NCBI GenBank assembly: GCA_964270895.1
Contig: OZ185438.1
From: Podarcis filfolensis
Taxonomy: Eukaryota
Length of the DNA: 64,000 bases
Direction: 5' to 3' (one strand)
A program made the position numbers and the translations under genes. Positions within the stretch are counted from its first letter, which is position 1. Every line of letters begins with the position of its first letter. Positions 1 to 11,865 of this stretch are shown one piece after another. Below the pieces are notes generated by a model. That model did not search any database. It saw only the letters and a list, made by a program, of their open reading frames with translations, and was not told the origin of the DNA.

Positions 1-1134
1 GCAGTGGTATTTGGTAGATAGTGCAGCTGGCTTGTGTTTGATTTATCTCAATAGTGTACAAATGTGTACAAATTACAGTTGCTGTCAGGGAGTAAGGTGG
101 AAATAATTTGTCTCTTAATAAGATAATTGTTCTGACTAAAACGAATGTAGTCAGAGCTTTGGGGCACATACTCGGTATCACTTAATACAAAATAGTTAGC
201 AGCTTAAGCTTCTACATGCAACATCAAGGTAGTTTAATAATCGTAAAATAGGTCCCTCCTCCTTTCACTACAAAATGCACGTGTTGCATAAATTTATAAT
301 CCAGGGACTGGTAGTTATTCTGGAGCAATTAATCTCCAACACACAAAAAAAGCTTTTGGTTTTGAGTATGCGCCACTGAAGTTGAAAAACAGGAACTTTC
401 TGTATTTTACTAAGGCACCAGAGAAAATAGGTTTCCAAGGCAAATGATAAAACAATCTCTAAATACACACCTCCACTTATATTTAAAGATTTGTTTCACT
501 GCTATACAGAATTCCACACGGTTTTGTATATTGTTGTGGTAATCTTTCTTTCTGATCTAAATGCAAATTGTGTCTTTCCGTTTTTGTTGTTGTTCCATTT
601 TAGCAAGCAACCACTCCAGGACTTGACCCTGGTGTTCAGCATGTTCAATTTGAAGCTAACACAATCACTGCCATTTTTAATTTAGCTTGTGATGGCAGAA
701 ACGGGATCCAATCCTTTCAAATAAGTCAATCCTACGTGCTGTCTATTGCGTTACTCTGCCTGCCCTGATTTTGTGATTTGTTAACAAGTATGTTTTTTTC
801 CTTCCTTTAAAACTTTTAATTCCAGGTCCACGTAAAAATATTATTTAGCAAATTGATGATGTTGGTTTGAGACTGTAAGGACCACCATCATCAATATAGT
901 ATTGTTGTTATTATTATTATTTTGATCTGTGTTGCATTAAAGAAATCACCATTGAAGTATTAACATAGTTCAGTCGTATTTTTTCCACACAAACACACTG
1001 AAGAAAAAAATATTTTATCTGCTTTAAATAAATAGCTGCCTTTACAGAAACGGTTACAACTCCAGACAAAGTTATAGTCTTAGAACATTCATTCTTAGCC
1101 ACATCTGTCGCTTAGGCAGCCCTGAATCCTACAG

Positions 1135-1614
1135 CAGGGGCATCACAAGGGGGCTGGGGGGTTGCGGTCTGCCCAGGGTGTCATGCCTGAGGGGGGGTGA
1201 CAAAATCCCCCTGGGCGGATCGGCGTAGCGGTGCTTGCATCCCCGGCAGGCGGATTTTTGCAACTGGCGTGATCGTTGTCATGAAAATTCGCCCGCTGAT
1301 CACACAGATACGCCTGGCAATCAGCCTGCCACCCTCCCGGCAGGCGGCGTTCACACCTCCCGGTGGGTGGTTTTATGGGATCGGCAGTCTGATCTTGGTG
1401 ATCGGTGGGCGGTGCAGGCACCCCCGGCTGGCAGCGCTGACACGGTTTTATGTGATCGTCGGATTTGCGTGATCTGCAGGCGTATCTGTTTTGTGGCCAA
1501 CCCTCCCTAAAAAAGTTCAACAACTCTGGGCAACGTTCCCAAAAATTGCAATGTGCGGGGGAGTGCCCAAAAAAAAATTTGCACCAGGTACCACCTGACC
1601 TCGCTATGCCTCTG
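1135..1614. mobile_element. hAT-type non-autonomous DNA transposon (MITE) with GATCG-rich internal repeats
   Basis: Imperfect TIRs CAGGGGCATC / GCTATGCCTCTG. Flanks TCCTACAG (1127-1134) and TCCTAGAG (1615-1622) form a 7/8 match 8-bp TSD. The GC-rich interior explains the overlapping ORFs here. Confidence 0.7.
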
Positions 1615-3358
1615 TCCTAGAGGCAATTATAATTGGGAGCAAGCAAGGGTTTATGAGGCAAATGTCTCTGTTGTTGAAATCACAGATATTTCCCCTGATT
1701 CAGCAAGTGATATTCATGCATGGAAGGACCTTTCTGCAGCTGTAGCAAATGTTGATGTCGATCTGGCTGTGCATCTGCACTGTCCAAGACTCTTTGAATT
1801 TCTTGGGTGTGTAACCATCAGGTGTTACTCTGTGCCCATGATAGTCCCCTGAATTGAAAAGTAAAGCATTGTCACACCATAAACGGGGACAGTAGAATCT
1901 GTCGTTTTATATATCACCAAGATCTCATTAAAAAACCTACTTCAGCCTGCTAAAACTGTGACTAAGACTACCATAAAATGCAACACAAAATATGGCTGCC
2001 ATTAGAGGTAGCAATTTATTTTTGCCAATGAATGGGGTGAGGGAAGTAAGAGACAAGTTTGATTCAAAATGAATCTCCTAATGACACCAACCCTCTCAAT
2101 GCACCAAAACTCCATTTACAGAAGGTGCTAACAACCTGAAGGGAAAAGTACCTCAGAGACTTTAACTTGCCTTCCAAAAAGCTGCAGTAGGCATGATTCA
2201 AGCTGACTGAGATGGATTTGTATTGTTATAAAATATTGATTTGGTGTCTTGCGCTCAGCACATTGTAACTGACAGTTCATTTTTACCTACAAGAACCCCC
2301 TCCCTTCTTTTTTTGTTATCCAGTGTGATAGCATGTGGCTTATTTAATATATGAAGAAGAACCATATATTTCAAAAGTGCGAGGTATGTGGTTTAATAAG
2401 ATATCCTTAAGCTATTCAAACATTGTGCATAATTCTATTCCTGATCTATTAGTGTTTACTTATGAACTATTCTAATGGCATACATTATATTTTGGTGTTT
2501 ATATCATATTACAAGCTAAATCATTGGGTGCATGTTTTGGGGTGCCATGTGAGATTGAGGCCCCAGAAAAAGAAATTTGGGGGGCAATACTGTGGTGCTC
2601 CAAATGGCTGCCATGCTCTCCTGTGCGAAGATGGAATGTCCCTGTACCATGCCATGAGAAACAGAAAGAAAAATGGAAGATATATCACAATGCTGAGATT
2701 CTATCGCCAGCCTGGGAAACCAAATGGAGAACACCACCTGCAATACTAGAAAAGTCAACTTCCAAAATTCCACAGAAGCAATTGGATTTGTATGTGCAAA
2801 ACTGTTTAAGATGAGAGTCCACAGTTGCTACATGTACAAAAATACTGGTGGTAGTGTTCGCCTAAGTGCAAATATGAAATCTGTCGAGCATCATTTATAG
2901 GCAACGTGAGTTGCTCTCAATGAAACTAATACAGTAGCAGAGGTTATTTAATACTCCACTTTCCCCTTAAAGAGCACAGGTTAGTTTATGTTTGTTGCCC
3001 AGTGATCCACTCAGGCAGTTTACAGGATTTTCAGATTAGTAGATTGTATTATGGTAGTTAACATTTGGAAATAATGTGGCCATAAATAATAATATTTCAT
3101 TTCCATTTCTATCCACCTTCTCAAGATACATCCATCACATAGCTAATGTGCTTCTGCTCTGGTGCTCCATGTGTCATCTGATGGAGACTTCTGAAAGCAG
3201 GTTTCCTTGTCCAGTTCACTGTCAGGAATAGCTCCACAGACACATTGCTTCGCATGTGCTGAGCTGTCCCTCCACTGAAAAGCCACAGGCTTTTCCCATG
3301 GAAATAGCAGAGTAGCTGCAGCAAAATTGGATGTTGAATCTTTTAGGCAGCTGCGTAC

Positions 3359-3439
3359 CTCTGTTCCCTTCGAGGCTCTCAATATTTCATTTGCATTATC
3401 ACCAGGTTTGCTTCAACAATGGTTGGCATTCACTACTAG
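3359..3439 (-). other. candidate non-coding exon of the minus-strand spliced locus
   Basis: Acceptor tttttttttaaaaagcag, donor GAG|gtacgc. Stops in all three frames. Confidence 0.2.
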
Positions 3440-4623
3440 CTGCTTTTTAAAAAAAAAATTATGAAGAATTTCTCCCCCCACTTCCTTTGTATAAAATAGG
3501 CAGAGCCAGCTTGCATGGCTAAGTACAGATTGTCTGTCTTAGATCCACAAGGTGCAAAATGCACTTTAGCCAACATAAAACAAACGGTTTTGCAGATAAA
3601 AGGCGGTGTCGGTGCAGTAAATGCAGAAAGGTGAATGTCAACTCCCTGCTTCCAGAAGAACTGTGATTTCAATATGAACCCTTCCATTTCTACATCAGTT
3701 CAAGTGACTTCAGTGTTGGCACTATTTATAGAATACTGCTTTACAGTTCTATTAGCATATTTCCCCCCTCTAAGGATCTACGTGACTAACCCAAGCAAAA
3801 GACTTGCCTGTTTGAGTCTGTACAAAAAGGTCTGTGTGAAACCAGCCATTCTTGAGAGGAGTTTTATAGCTCACTGGAAACAACTGCCAGCTTCCAACGT
3901 GACAAGAGTAAATCTCAAGAGTATGCCTGTGAGTTTCTACAAATAAAATGGGGGAAGAGTTTACTGCTTAGTTAAATAGTGCTATGGACCAACCTGGGGC
4001 CCCTGCAAACACCCTTTTCGTAGTGCATTCCTGATGCTTTGTGCTTATGATGGTATAGGGGTGGTTATACACAGTTGCACTATTTGTGCCAGCAAAAGTT
4101 TCAGGGTGCACATCCTGCTTTGTTTTCAATCACTACATGTCCTGTAGCTTCCTTCTTAAGTCCTGTAACTTTTCTTATCAGAAACATTCCAGGGGTGGTA
4201 GGGGTGGTTTGCCCTGCTTTTGTTGAGCTATAGTGCAAGAGTGCCCCACCAGATGGCAAAAATGCAATAACAAAGTAGTTATTATTGCAGAGCAACTAAT
4301 AAAGTGGAATGAGGTGTAGATGGTTCAGTATATACCCACCAGTAATGCACTATTATTGCATCATTGACATGTTGCAAAATAGACTCAGGACTCAGCTATA
4401 CTGCTGCAAATAAAACAGTTTAAGTGCGTTGTAAAGTGCATTATACAAATGCGATACTAGATGGCGATGGTGAGCTGTGTCAAATTCAATATATTTTTCA
4501 AAACTTTTTTTTTAAGCATTTTTAATATGTGTTTAGATTCCATCTCAGAGCCTGAGCCTCTGTAGACTGTCATCCCCATGTGCCGGTGCTTGATCTGGCT
4601 CCTTGCACTCAAGTCCCCCTTAC

Positions 4624-4790
4624 CAGGTTTTTAGGATGGTGTACTGCGAATGTGCCAGGAGTCGTCATGAGCAGCATATGAAGATGCAAAGTTGTTGTCA
4701 ACGGGGAGAGGGAGGGAGGTCAGTTGGGGACACTGGGTGGGCCACCCATTGAAGAAAAGATTCTCTTTTCATTACTGATGCACAGTAAAT
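4624..4790 (-). other. candidate non-coding exon
   Basis: Acceptor tttgctccaactgcag, donor CTG|gtaagg. Stops in all three frames. Confidence 0.25.
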
Positions 4791-5559
4791 CTGCAGTTGG
4801 AGCAAACGCTTGCAAAAGTTTTCATTTTAGTTGCTTGTAAATGTTGACGTTTTTAATTGTTAAATTGCTTTGTGATATTGTGAACCGACCAGATAAATAA
4901 ATAAAAATTGGTCACTGAAATACACGGGAGTTAGATGTGAGAAAATGTGTAGGACACCCTACCCAAAACTAGCAGCCTCCATATAATTTGAACTGCAACT
5001 TCCATCATTCTCAACCATTGGCCATATTGGTTGGGGCTGATAGAAGTTATAGCTCGAAAGGTTTCCAAAGTCACTAAATGGGGGCAAGCTGGTGTAGGAT
5101 CTGCATCTCTTATTCCCAGGTTTTCTAGAAAACTGGAAATGATTCAGCATAATTAACATCAGAATTATAGATGAGTATAAATGCTTATCACATTAAGAAA
5201 TGTATAGTTGGCAAGTAAGTGTGTAAACCCAAGGATTATGTGCTACTGCCAGAGTGGTATTGCAATTTCTGGTACTGCATTTCTGGCCAGGGCCAACTGA
5301 AGATGATGTGATGATGCAACAATGTATGTTGACTCTATTGTTTCATCAGGACATAAATAATCCTTACAATACAAATAAGGCGAGGGGAAAACTCAGCTGG
5401 GATGCCATTTTGTTAATGTGTTGTTCTGTCTTAACATTCAGATTACAAAGGAAACATAATCTAGTTTCTGTGTGTCGTCGGTTACCTTAATAAATTTAAA
5501 ATTAACTCACAGTACAGTCTAAAATTGCTCTGGAACATGCAGGTATATGCAATACTCAC

Positions 5560-5916
5560 CACCAATTGATCATGCTAGGGCAGCTGCAAGCACCTTAGCT
5601 TCGTCCCCTGGGAAGACTAATTTCTACCGATCTATGTCTCTTACTGCCTTCCAGATGGTAGCAGGTTTCTTAACAAGCTTTCTAATCTTCCCCTTTTCCC
5701 TTTGGGAATTCGTTTCAACCTTATCTTGTCACATCTGGTTTTCTCCAAGCTGGTGATTTGCATTAGACATGTCAGATACTGCTTCTCCAAGATTTCAGCA
5801 ACCATCAAGGTCTGTTTCAAATCAAATATGTTCATCTAAGGACAGTTTGCTTGTGCATCACACACCATTCATACATTGGGAGTTAGTCAATTCATGCAAG
5901 AGCAACTTCAGTTACA
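5560..5916 (-). other. candidate non-coding exon
   Basis: Acceptor ttatgtttttcatttcag, donor GTG|gtgagt. No frame is open across the exon. Confidence 0.3.
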
Positions 5917-6659
5917 CTGAAATGAAAAACATAAGCATCTTTGTCTTATCCTGAAAGTCCATTAATGTGCTTCACGAAGGCTCTGTGTGGCCTCTGGAGT
6001 CTTTTGATTCTGTAAGGTGCAGCTTTTCATGGCCGCCTGCTCACCTCCATTATGGGGCCTAAAATGAATTAAAGGGCTTCCCAAGGGAAGAAGAGCTGAT
6101 GCAATCATGTGTGGGGATGACAGAAACCTGGAGTCTCTGCCACAGATTTTCTGAAGGTTCTGGACCTAGTCCTTTAAGGTAACAGCTTCACAGCATAGGT
6201 AGGTCAAGCATTCAGTGACTACAGAACCAAAACGGACATACTAGAAACCTACCATCAAATATTTGGCCATTCCCCCCCTAGATATGAATATCAGCCATCT
6301 TTACACCTGCTGGTTTTAGTTTACACATCTCATTTTTTTCCTTTCTCAGACTCACAGAACCATAAAGTTGGAAGGGATCTTTGAAGTCATCTAGTTCAAC
6401 CCAGTGCCCAGTGCAGAATTTGCAATGCTGGATGCAACTAGAGCGGGGGTTCCCAATTAGTGGTCCCCAGACCCCAGAAGATCCTTGTAACCCACCCAGG
6501 GGGTCCGTGGCACAAACCCATCAACTGTCCAGGACATCCTGCTTTGGATGGCTGTGCTCTCGTGAGAATGCAGCACCTCAAAATGCATGAGATCATGGAT
6601 GGATGTGTGTCTCATGTGAGATTACGGCACCCAAAGGCACAAGTTTTGGGGCACTGTGC

Positions 6660-6839
6660 CAGTGGCGTAGCGTGGGGGGTGCAGGGGGGGCCGGCCGCAC
6701 CGGGCGCAACATCTGGGGTTAGGGCAAATCCATGGGTTAGGGGGCGCAAATCCACAGGTTAGGGGGCGCAAATCCACGGGTTGGGGGGCGCAAATTACTT
6801 GCCTTGCCCCGGGTGCTGACAACCCACGCTACGCCACTG
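6660..6839. mobile_element. hAT MITE
   Basis: TIRs CAGTGGCGTAGCGTG / CACGCTACGCCACTG and a perfect 8-bp TSD CACTGTGC (6652-6659, 6840-6847). Internal ~21-bp tandem repeats ggttagggggcgcaaatccac. Confidence 0.92.
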
Positions 6840-7777
6840 CACTGTGCTCTTGCATGGGTCATGTGACTCACGCAGGAGCATGACCCAGGTTTGCACTGGA
6901 CATGTTGGAAGGTGGTGTGGCACCATTCACATTACAAAGCTACCACAGAGATATCAACATTTTCAAACATAGGGGGTCATGGCTTGGCTTTTGAGAAAGG
7001 GGCGTGGGGATTGCAGTACTTAGCTAATTGGGAACCACTGAATGAGAGTGAAGTGTAGCTAGGTTCCCACAAAGCAAGACACAGTGAAGAACCACTGTTG
7101 AACTAACAAAACTGGACAACAGGGGCAAAACAACTGCTTATATATATTTCTGAAGGCCAGGACCACTCCCACTCTCAATGTGATTGGCTATCTAAACTCC
7201 CAAGCTGCGAATCATAACTCAGAGTTTAAGGGCCAATGGCAGTGGCCCAAATCCTGAAACGTTCTGTGATTGGATATCATGTATCAAATCAGAACACAGG
7301 GGCTCAGATTCCTTAGTCCAGAGTCAAGCAGACCACTGAATACATAACAGAGAGCATCCCTGAAAGGTAGCCAGCCCAAACCTGCCTACCTCCTTTCATC
7401 TGGTTGAGGAAGTTGTGGATCTGGTCGACAGCTGCCTCCTCCTCAGTCTCAGTGTTGCCATTCTGGAACTTAGCAGGGGAAGGATGGGGAAGAAATAAAA
7501 ATGTGTTGGCTTTGCCTGTCATTGACTCTGCTCCATCTATTGTTGGCTTCTCTGGCTTCTGCCCTACCAATCCCAATGGTCCCCAGTCACTGCTGCCGCG
7601 GGCAACACTGTCCTCTGTCCCTCTTTCCTTCCTTCCATCGTCTGATGTCCTCTGGCATCTCTGTCTCCCAAAGGCTTGCACAGCTGTTTGTTGCTGCAGC
7701 CCTGTCTGCAAGCTCCTTGAGCAAATGGTGCCTCTGGGGTTGGCCAGGGGCTGCTGGTTGCCAGGAGCTGAGGTGGC

Positions 7778-7817
7778 TCAGAGACTGGGGTGGCTGCGGC
7801 AGCTGCCTGGAGGACTC
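7778..7817 (-). CDS. candidate last coding part of the 108-aa spliced ORF; the exon may extend to a donor at 7390
   Basis: Acceptor cctcctctcccctctccttag. Reads (R)SPPGSCRSHPSL then TGA at 7780-7778. Confidence 0.3.
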
Positions 7818-7916
7818 CTAAGGAGAGGGGAGAGGAGGCTGAGGGAGCACTCCACAAAGGAGGGTGTTTGAAAAAGGGTGAGAGGCTGCCAGCTTGGCAG
7901 GCAAGGGGTGACATAC

Positions 7917-7942
7917 CTGAGCTTCTGAGCCCCACAGGGGTG
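7917..7942 (-). CDS. candidate 26-nt micro-exon (HPCGAQKL)
   Basis: Acceptor ctacattctttctgcag, donor CAG|gtatgt. Phase 0 to 2. Confidence 0.33.
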
Positions 7943-8327
7943 CTGCAGAAAGAATGTAGCTGGTCAAGGGAGTCATGGACTCCAAAAGGTTGAAAACCTC
8001 TGTCATATGCAAAAAGCTGTTTACATGGATAGATCACTTGCTGGATCAGGTATCGGGGGCCTAAGCTGAACGCCTTTCCAAATGCACAGCCGGGTTCAAA
8101 TGTGACCTATCCTGCACTGCTTTCAGTGGGATGCACATTTGGGTTTGCAAATGCTGGTTGAAAGCCAATGACCTCTAATACTGACATTCAGAAACAATAT
8201 GAAGGTAGCACACAATTGCAGTCTTCAGCTGATTTTCTTTGTTTTGTGGAAGAGCCTAGACTGACTCAGCAATGAAGATTTCCTAGAATACATCAGAGTT
8301 GCATGTCTTGTGGAATCCATGCCTTAC

Positions 8328-8378
8328 CTCTAGCTTGGCGTCCTGCACACCCCCACACAGGGCACACACTTTACTAAG
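8328..8378 (-). CDS. candidate 51-nt exon (LSKVCALCGGVQDAKLE)
   Basis: Acceptor tattctcattccccag, donor GAG|gtaagg. Only phase 0-0 is open, which matches the upstream exon. Confidence 0.38.
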
Positions 8379-9056
8379 CTGGGGAATGAGAATATGCTCC
8401 AGCAGCAATGAAATCCTTAAAGCCACCAACAGAATTCAAAGGCCTTTGGCTTTGATGCTCTGGGCATAGAGGAATTTCCAAAGCTTTTGGAACTGGCCTC
8501 TAAAGCAAGGGCCACAAGCCAAGGTTCTTTGCATTGTGCAGGTTTTTTATTATGGGTGGCTTCAGAAGTTCTCAATGGGAGAGATGTGGCTGTTTTTAGA
8601 ACTGAGGGCTGAATAGGTTTATTGTGGCCTTAAAATGTCTACAGTAATTAGCTACACCCAGGTCAGTGCATCAGCACAAAGAATTCTGGGTCTGTACTCA
8701 GCCCTTGAGAAGAGTTCAAATGGGTGGATGTGGATGTGTTCACACCATACATTTAAAGTACTTTTTCCTCCTCCCCCCCCAAAAAATCCTGGAAACCATA
8801 TTTTAAGTGTTAAGGGTGTTGGGAATTACAGCTCTGTGATTAGTAAACTACAATTCCCCAGGAATCTTGACAGGAGGCTTAAAATGTACTTAAAATATAT
8901 GGTGTATATGCAGCATTTCACTTATGTAATGCTTATGAATTGCTTTGCAGTTTTATTTTGTTTGATTTCAGACCAACCTTGTTGTACAGCTCAGTGTTGC
9001 TGTTATCTTTTGGATGGAGCACTGAAATAGCAAAATGGTGACTTGACTAAGCTTAC

Positions 9057-9105
9057 CTGCGATTTCTTTGCAAAGCGATGATCTGAACTCAGAACTCCCA
9101 ACATT
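9057..9105 (-). CDS. candidate 49-nt exon ((R)MLGVLSSDHRFAKKSQ)
   Basis: Acceptor gtttagtttaacag, donor CAG|gtaagc. Phase 2 to 0. Confidence 0.35.
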
Positions 9106-9918
9106 CTGTTAAACTAAACTGCAGCATTTTGTATAGAAACCCAGAAACTTTCCACTACTAGCCTTTCTCGGTTTAGCTCCGTGTACAATTCAATTAATCT
9201 AGAATACCTAGTTTCAGCAAAGCTACATTTTCTGAAATCCCCAAACTCTAATTGAATTAGTCTGGGTTAGTTGTCTCCTGGTTTTATAGATACGGCGCCT
9301 GGGGTTTTGCAGTCCACTTGACTTCCTGTTGCTGACATTTGCACGAAGAAGGATTATTCAGTTCTGAAATTAATGTCATGAGAAACCAAATTGGTAATTA
9401 AATTACTTTTGAATTATGGGGAATGCTTTGCTCTGCTAGTATTTTCTGTGTCATATGCTTTGATAAAGGGCCAATATTTTAAATACAGAAAGAAACACAC
9501 ACACACACACACACACCATTTATAGGGCAGCTGCTCCAACCCTAGAGGGCAGAGGTGTCGTCAGCCCCCTCAATATTCTTTAGCAGGAGGCTCAGCCCCT
9601 CCAAAATTCAGGGGGCGGAGGAGGCCGAACTGCTGAGCTGAGCGTGGCACAGCATCAAAGGTAGGCTCCTCCTGAGCATGAGAGAGGAGGAGCCACAGCC
9701 ATTGAAGCTGGGCAAGGCTTCTTCCTGACGATCCACCTCCTCCTGATGACACACACAACACGGTGTTGCCACCCCCCCCCCCCAATCTCTGGCTCAAGGC
9801 TGCACCTCTGTTATAAAGTGCACTTCTATACACGCTTACCTGGGATCAATTAAACTCAATGGGACTGAGTAGACATGCATAGAATTGGGCTGTGGATGAT
9901 GAAGAAAGAAAAACTTAC

Positions 9919-9945
9919 CTCCCTTCCACAGCCTCACCCTTTGAG
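9919..9945 (-). CDS. candidate 27-nt micro-exon ((G)SKGEAVEG)
   Basis: Donor GAG|gtaagt is strong; acceptor ttttaaaataaacag is weak. Phase 2-2. Confidence 0.3.
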
Positions 9946-10102
9946 CTGTTTATTTTAAAATATTTATAAGCCTCTTCTTTGATCAAAGCTTACAACCAAC
10001 AAAAACTACATGCATTTTTTAAAAAAATAAAAAAAAATCCCTTGATGAGTGGTTCATTGGTATCCCTCCAAATGAACATTACAAGAAAAAACCAAACCGT
10101 AC

Positions 10103-10236
10103 CCCTTGGCACACATGGTGCTTTTGCATCCTCTCAGCAGAATAGTTAGCATGTACTGAAGGAGGAGTAGCAGGTTAGATGAGAAAGATGTTGCAGGAGA
10201 GGAGTGAGAGGAGCCAGGTTTTGTCTGTCTTTGCAT
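10103..10236 (-). CDS. candidate first coding exon (MQRQTKPGSSHSSPATSFSSNLLLLLQYMLTILLRGCKSTMCAK)
   Basis: ATG in context GCCGCGATGC inside exon 10255-10103 (acceptor gattttgcacag, donor GG|gtacgg). Contains a hydrophobic Leu-rich stretch. Confidence 0.33.
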
Positions 10237-10353
10237 CGCGGCCTCTTATCTGAATCTGTGCAAAATCGACAGAGGTTGTGTGCGTGTGTTTGATAGGATC
10301 CTCCGTATTTTCAAGACTGCTGGCAAACCACAGCCCCCAAACATTTCAATCAC

Positions 10354-10487
10354 CTCAAGACACTCAGCTGTGTGATTATTTTAGGGCTATGGTTCAAAGA
10401 CTCCGAAAGCACTGTCCAGTTCTGGAAGACATTCTCAGTTTATTCGCTTCTGACTTTCAATCTTTCCTCAACCAATGCTGATTAATC
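10354..10487 (-). other. candidate 5'-UTR / non-coding exon
   Basis: Acceptor gtttcctttctcacag, donor GAG|gtgatt, then a 98-nt intron to 10255. Stops in all frames. Confidence 0.25.
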
Positions 10488-10907
10488 CTGTGAGAAAGGA
10501 AACTGCGCTGATGCCAAGGGCTGTCTGATGACTTTGACTAAGAATATTGTCAGGCACAATAGCAATCTCAGTCTCAGGAGCAGTTTGGGCTCAGTAATGT
10601 CTGCCTTTGGGGCAGAACTGAAACCGGACAGGATTCAAGGGCTGAGGAACCTTGGACTGGGCAGACATGATCGGAGGCAGATAGCGCAATCAGGAAGTGA
10701 GGCCTTAACACCAATGGAAGGTTACCACAATGGGTGACAAAAAGTCCTTCTCTTGACTCCTTGTCTTCCAAAGTACTACAATTTGGTATCTGGTTCTAGG
10801 CAGTAAACTACACAGAACCCGTGGCCTTCCAGATATTGTTGGATTCCAGCTTCCATCAGCTGCAGCCAGCATTACTCAGTAGCTTTTGCAGAGGTGTCTA
10901 GGGATGC

Positions 10908-11055
10908 ATTTACCAGCTCAGTTGGTAGAGCTCAAGGCTCTTAACCTCAGGGTTGTGGGTTTGAGCCCCATGTTAGGTGAAAGATTTCTGCATTGCAGAG
11001 CATTGGATGACCCTCATGATCCCTTCCAACTGTACAAATCTGTGTTTCTATGATT
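10908..11055 (+). mobile_element. SINE with tRNA-Lys(CTT)-derived head and CR1-type 3' tail
   Basis: agctcagttggtagagc...ctcttaacctcagggttgtgggtttgagccccatgttagg resembles tRNA-Lys(CTT). It is followed by ctgcattgcag...cccttccaact...ctatgatt, a CR1 3' end. Confidence 0.8.
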
Positions 11056-11601
11056 ACCATTGGTCAGGGATGATGGGAGTTTTAGTCCAGCAACATCAGA
11101 GGGCCACAGGTTCCCCAACCCTATACTATAAATTATCACGGGGTGGTAACACATCTAAAGGAAAAGCCAATCATTTCATCTCCGGCTGCCGTTTATGGCA
11201 AGAGGTGGTGGTGGTGGTGGTGGTGATGATGAGGGCTGAGGCTACATAGATGTCAATTCATTTACATTCATGCAGGTTTTAAGCTCTGAAAGAAATCAAC
11301 GCTGTCATCCTAGGAACAATCCTATTCCACTCCTGAGATTTCTTTACCACTGAATCTCAGTGCATTGTAGGAGGAAAAAGAAACATGCCTCTTATCCTAG
11401 GCTCTGTTCTCTAAGGACGCTGCGTTACATCATAAGCTTCTTCATATTTTTAAAGGCTTGCTTCTGTTCCACTGATCAGATGAATATCTGTGTCGAACTT
11501 GCATTTCAGCTTCCCAAAAGTTGGCCTCCTTTAATCCTGGATTAGTGGCTTGATCACAGGAGAATTCTTCCCTTCCCATACTAGAAAGCTCTGCCACTTA
11601 C

Positions 11602-11865
11602 CGCATGTGTGAATTTCACTCCTGTACAATGTATAATTTTCACTAATTGTTTTTGCTCTGATTTTTAGACTGTCTTGAAAGGATCTTTGTTTACAGTGAT
11701 AGCAGAGGGTAATATTTCCAGTACCGGTAACCATGGCAATGAATAATTCTATTCTCAGATTCAGTGCCAGCTGCTGTCGTGTCTTGATGGTAATGCTCAG
11801 CTTGTTAATGAGAGACTTTACATGTACTGGAGAGGAAGATTTACACTGGTCCAAGAATGAGCTTT
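11602..11865 (-). CDS. candidate symmetric 264-nt exon, phase 1-1, fully open
   Basis: Acceptor aatgtgcttttcag, donor GCG|gtaagt. Peptide ESSFLDQCK...SEIHTC is not recognised. Confidence 0.28.

Noticed and set aside
1143-1523. Overlapping 91-126 aa ORFs
   Set aside because: They lie inside a GC-rich hAT MITE bounded by TIRs and a TSD.
7778-7780. Selenocysteine recoding of the in-frame TGA
   Set aside because: There is no redox motif context or known selenoprotein similarity, and I could not identify a SECIS by eye. A nonsense codon or a true stop is more parsimonious.
7404-7871. 155-aa plus-strand ORF
   Set aside because: It is the antisense reading of a GC-rich, stop-poor segment, with no plus-strand splice or start support and no recognisable domain.
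10912-10980. tRNA-Lys(CTT) gene
   Set aside because: The stems contain many mismatches and the sequence is fused to a CR1 tail, so it is a SINE head rather than a tRNA gene.
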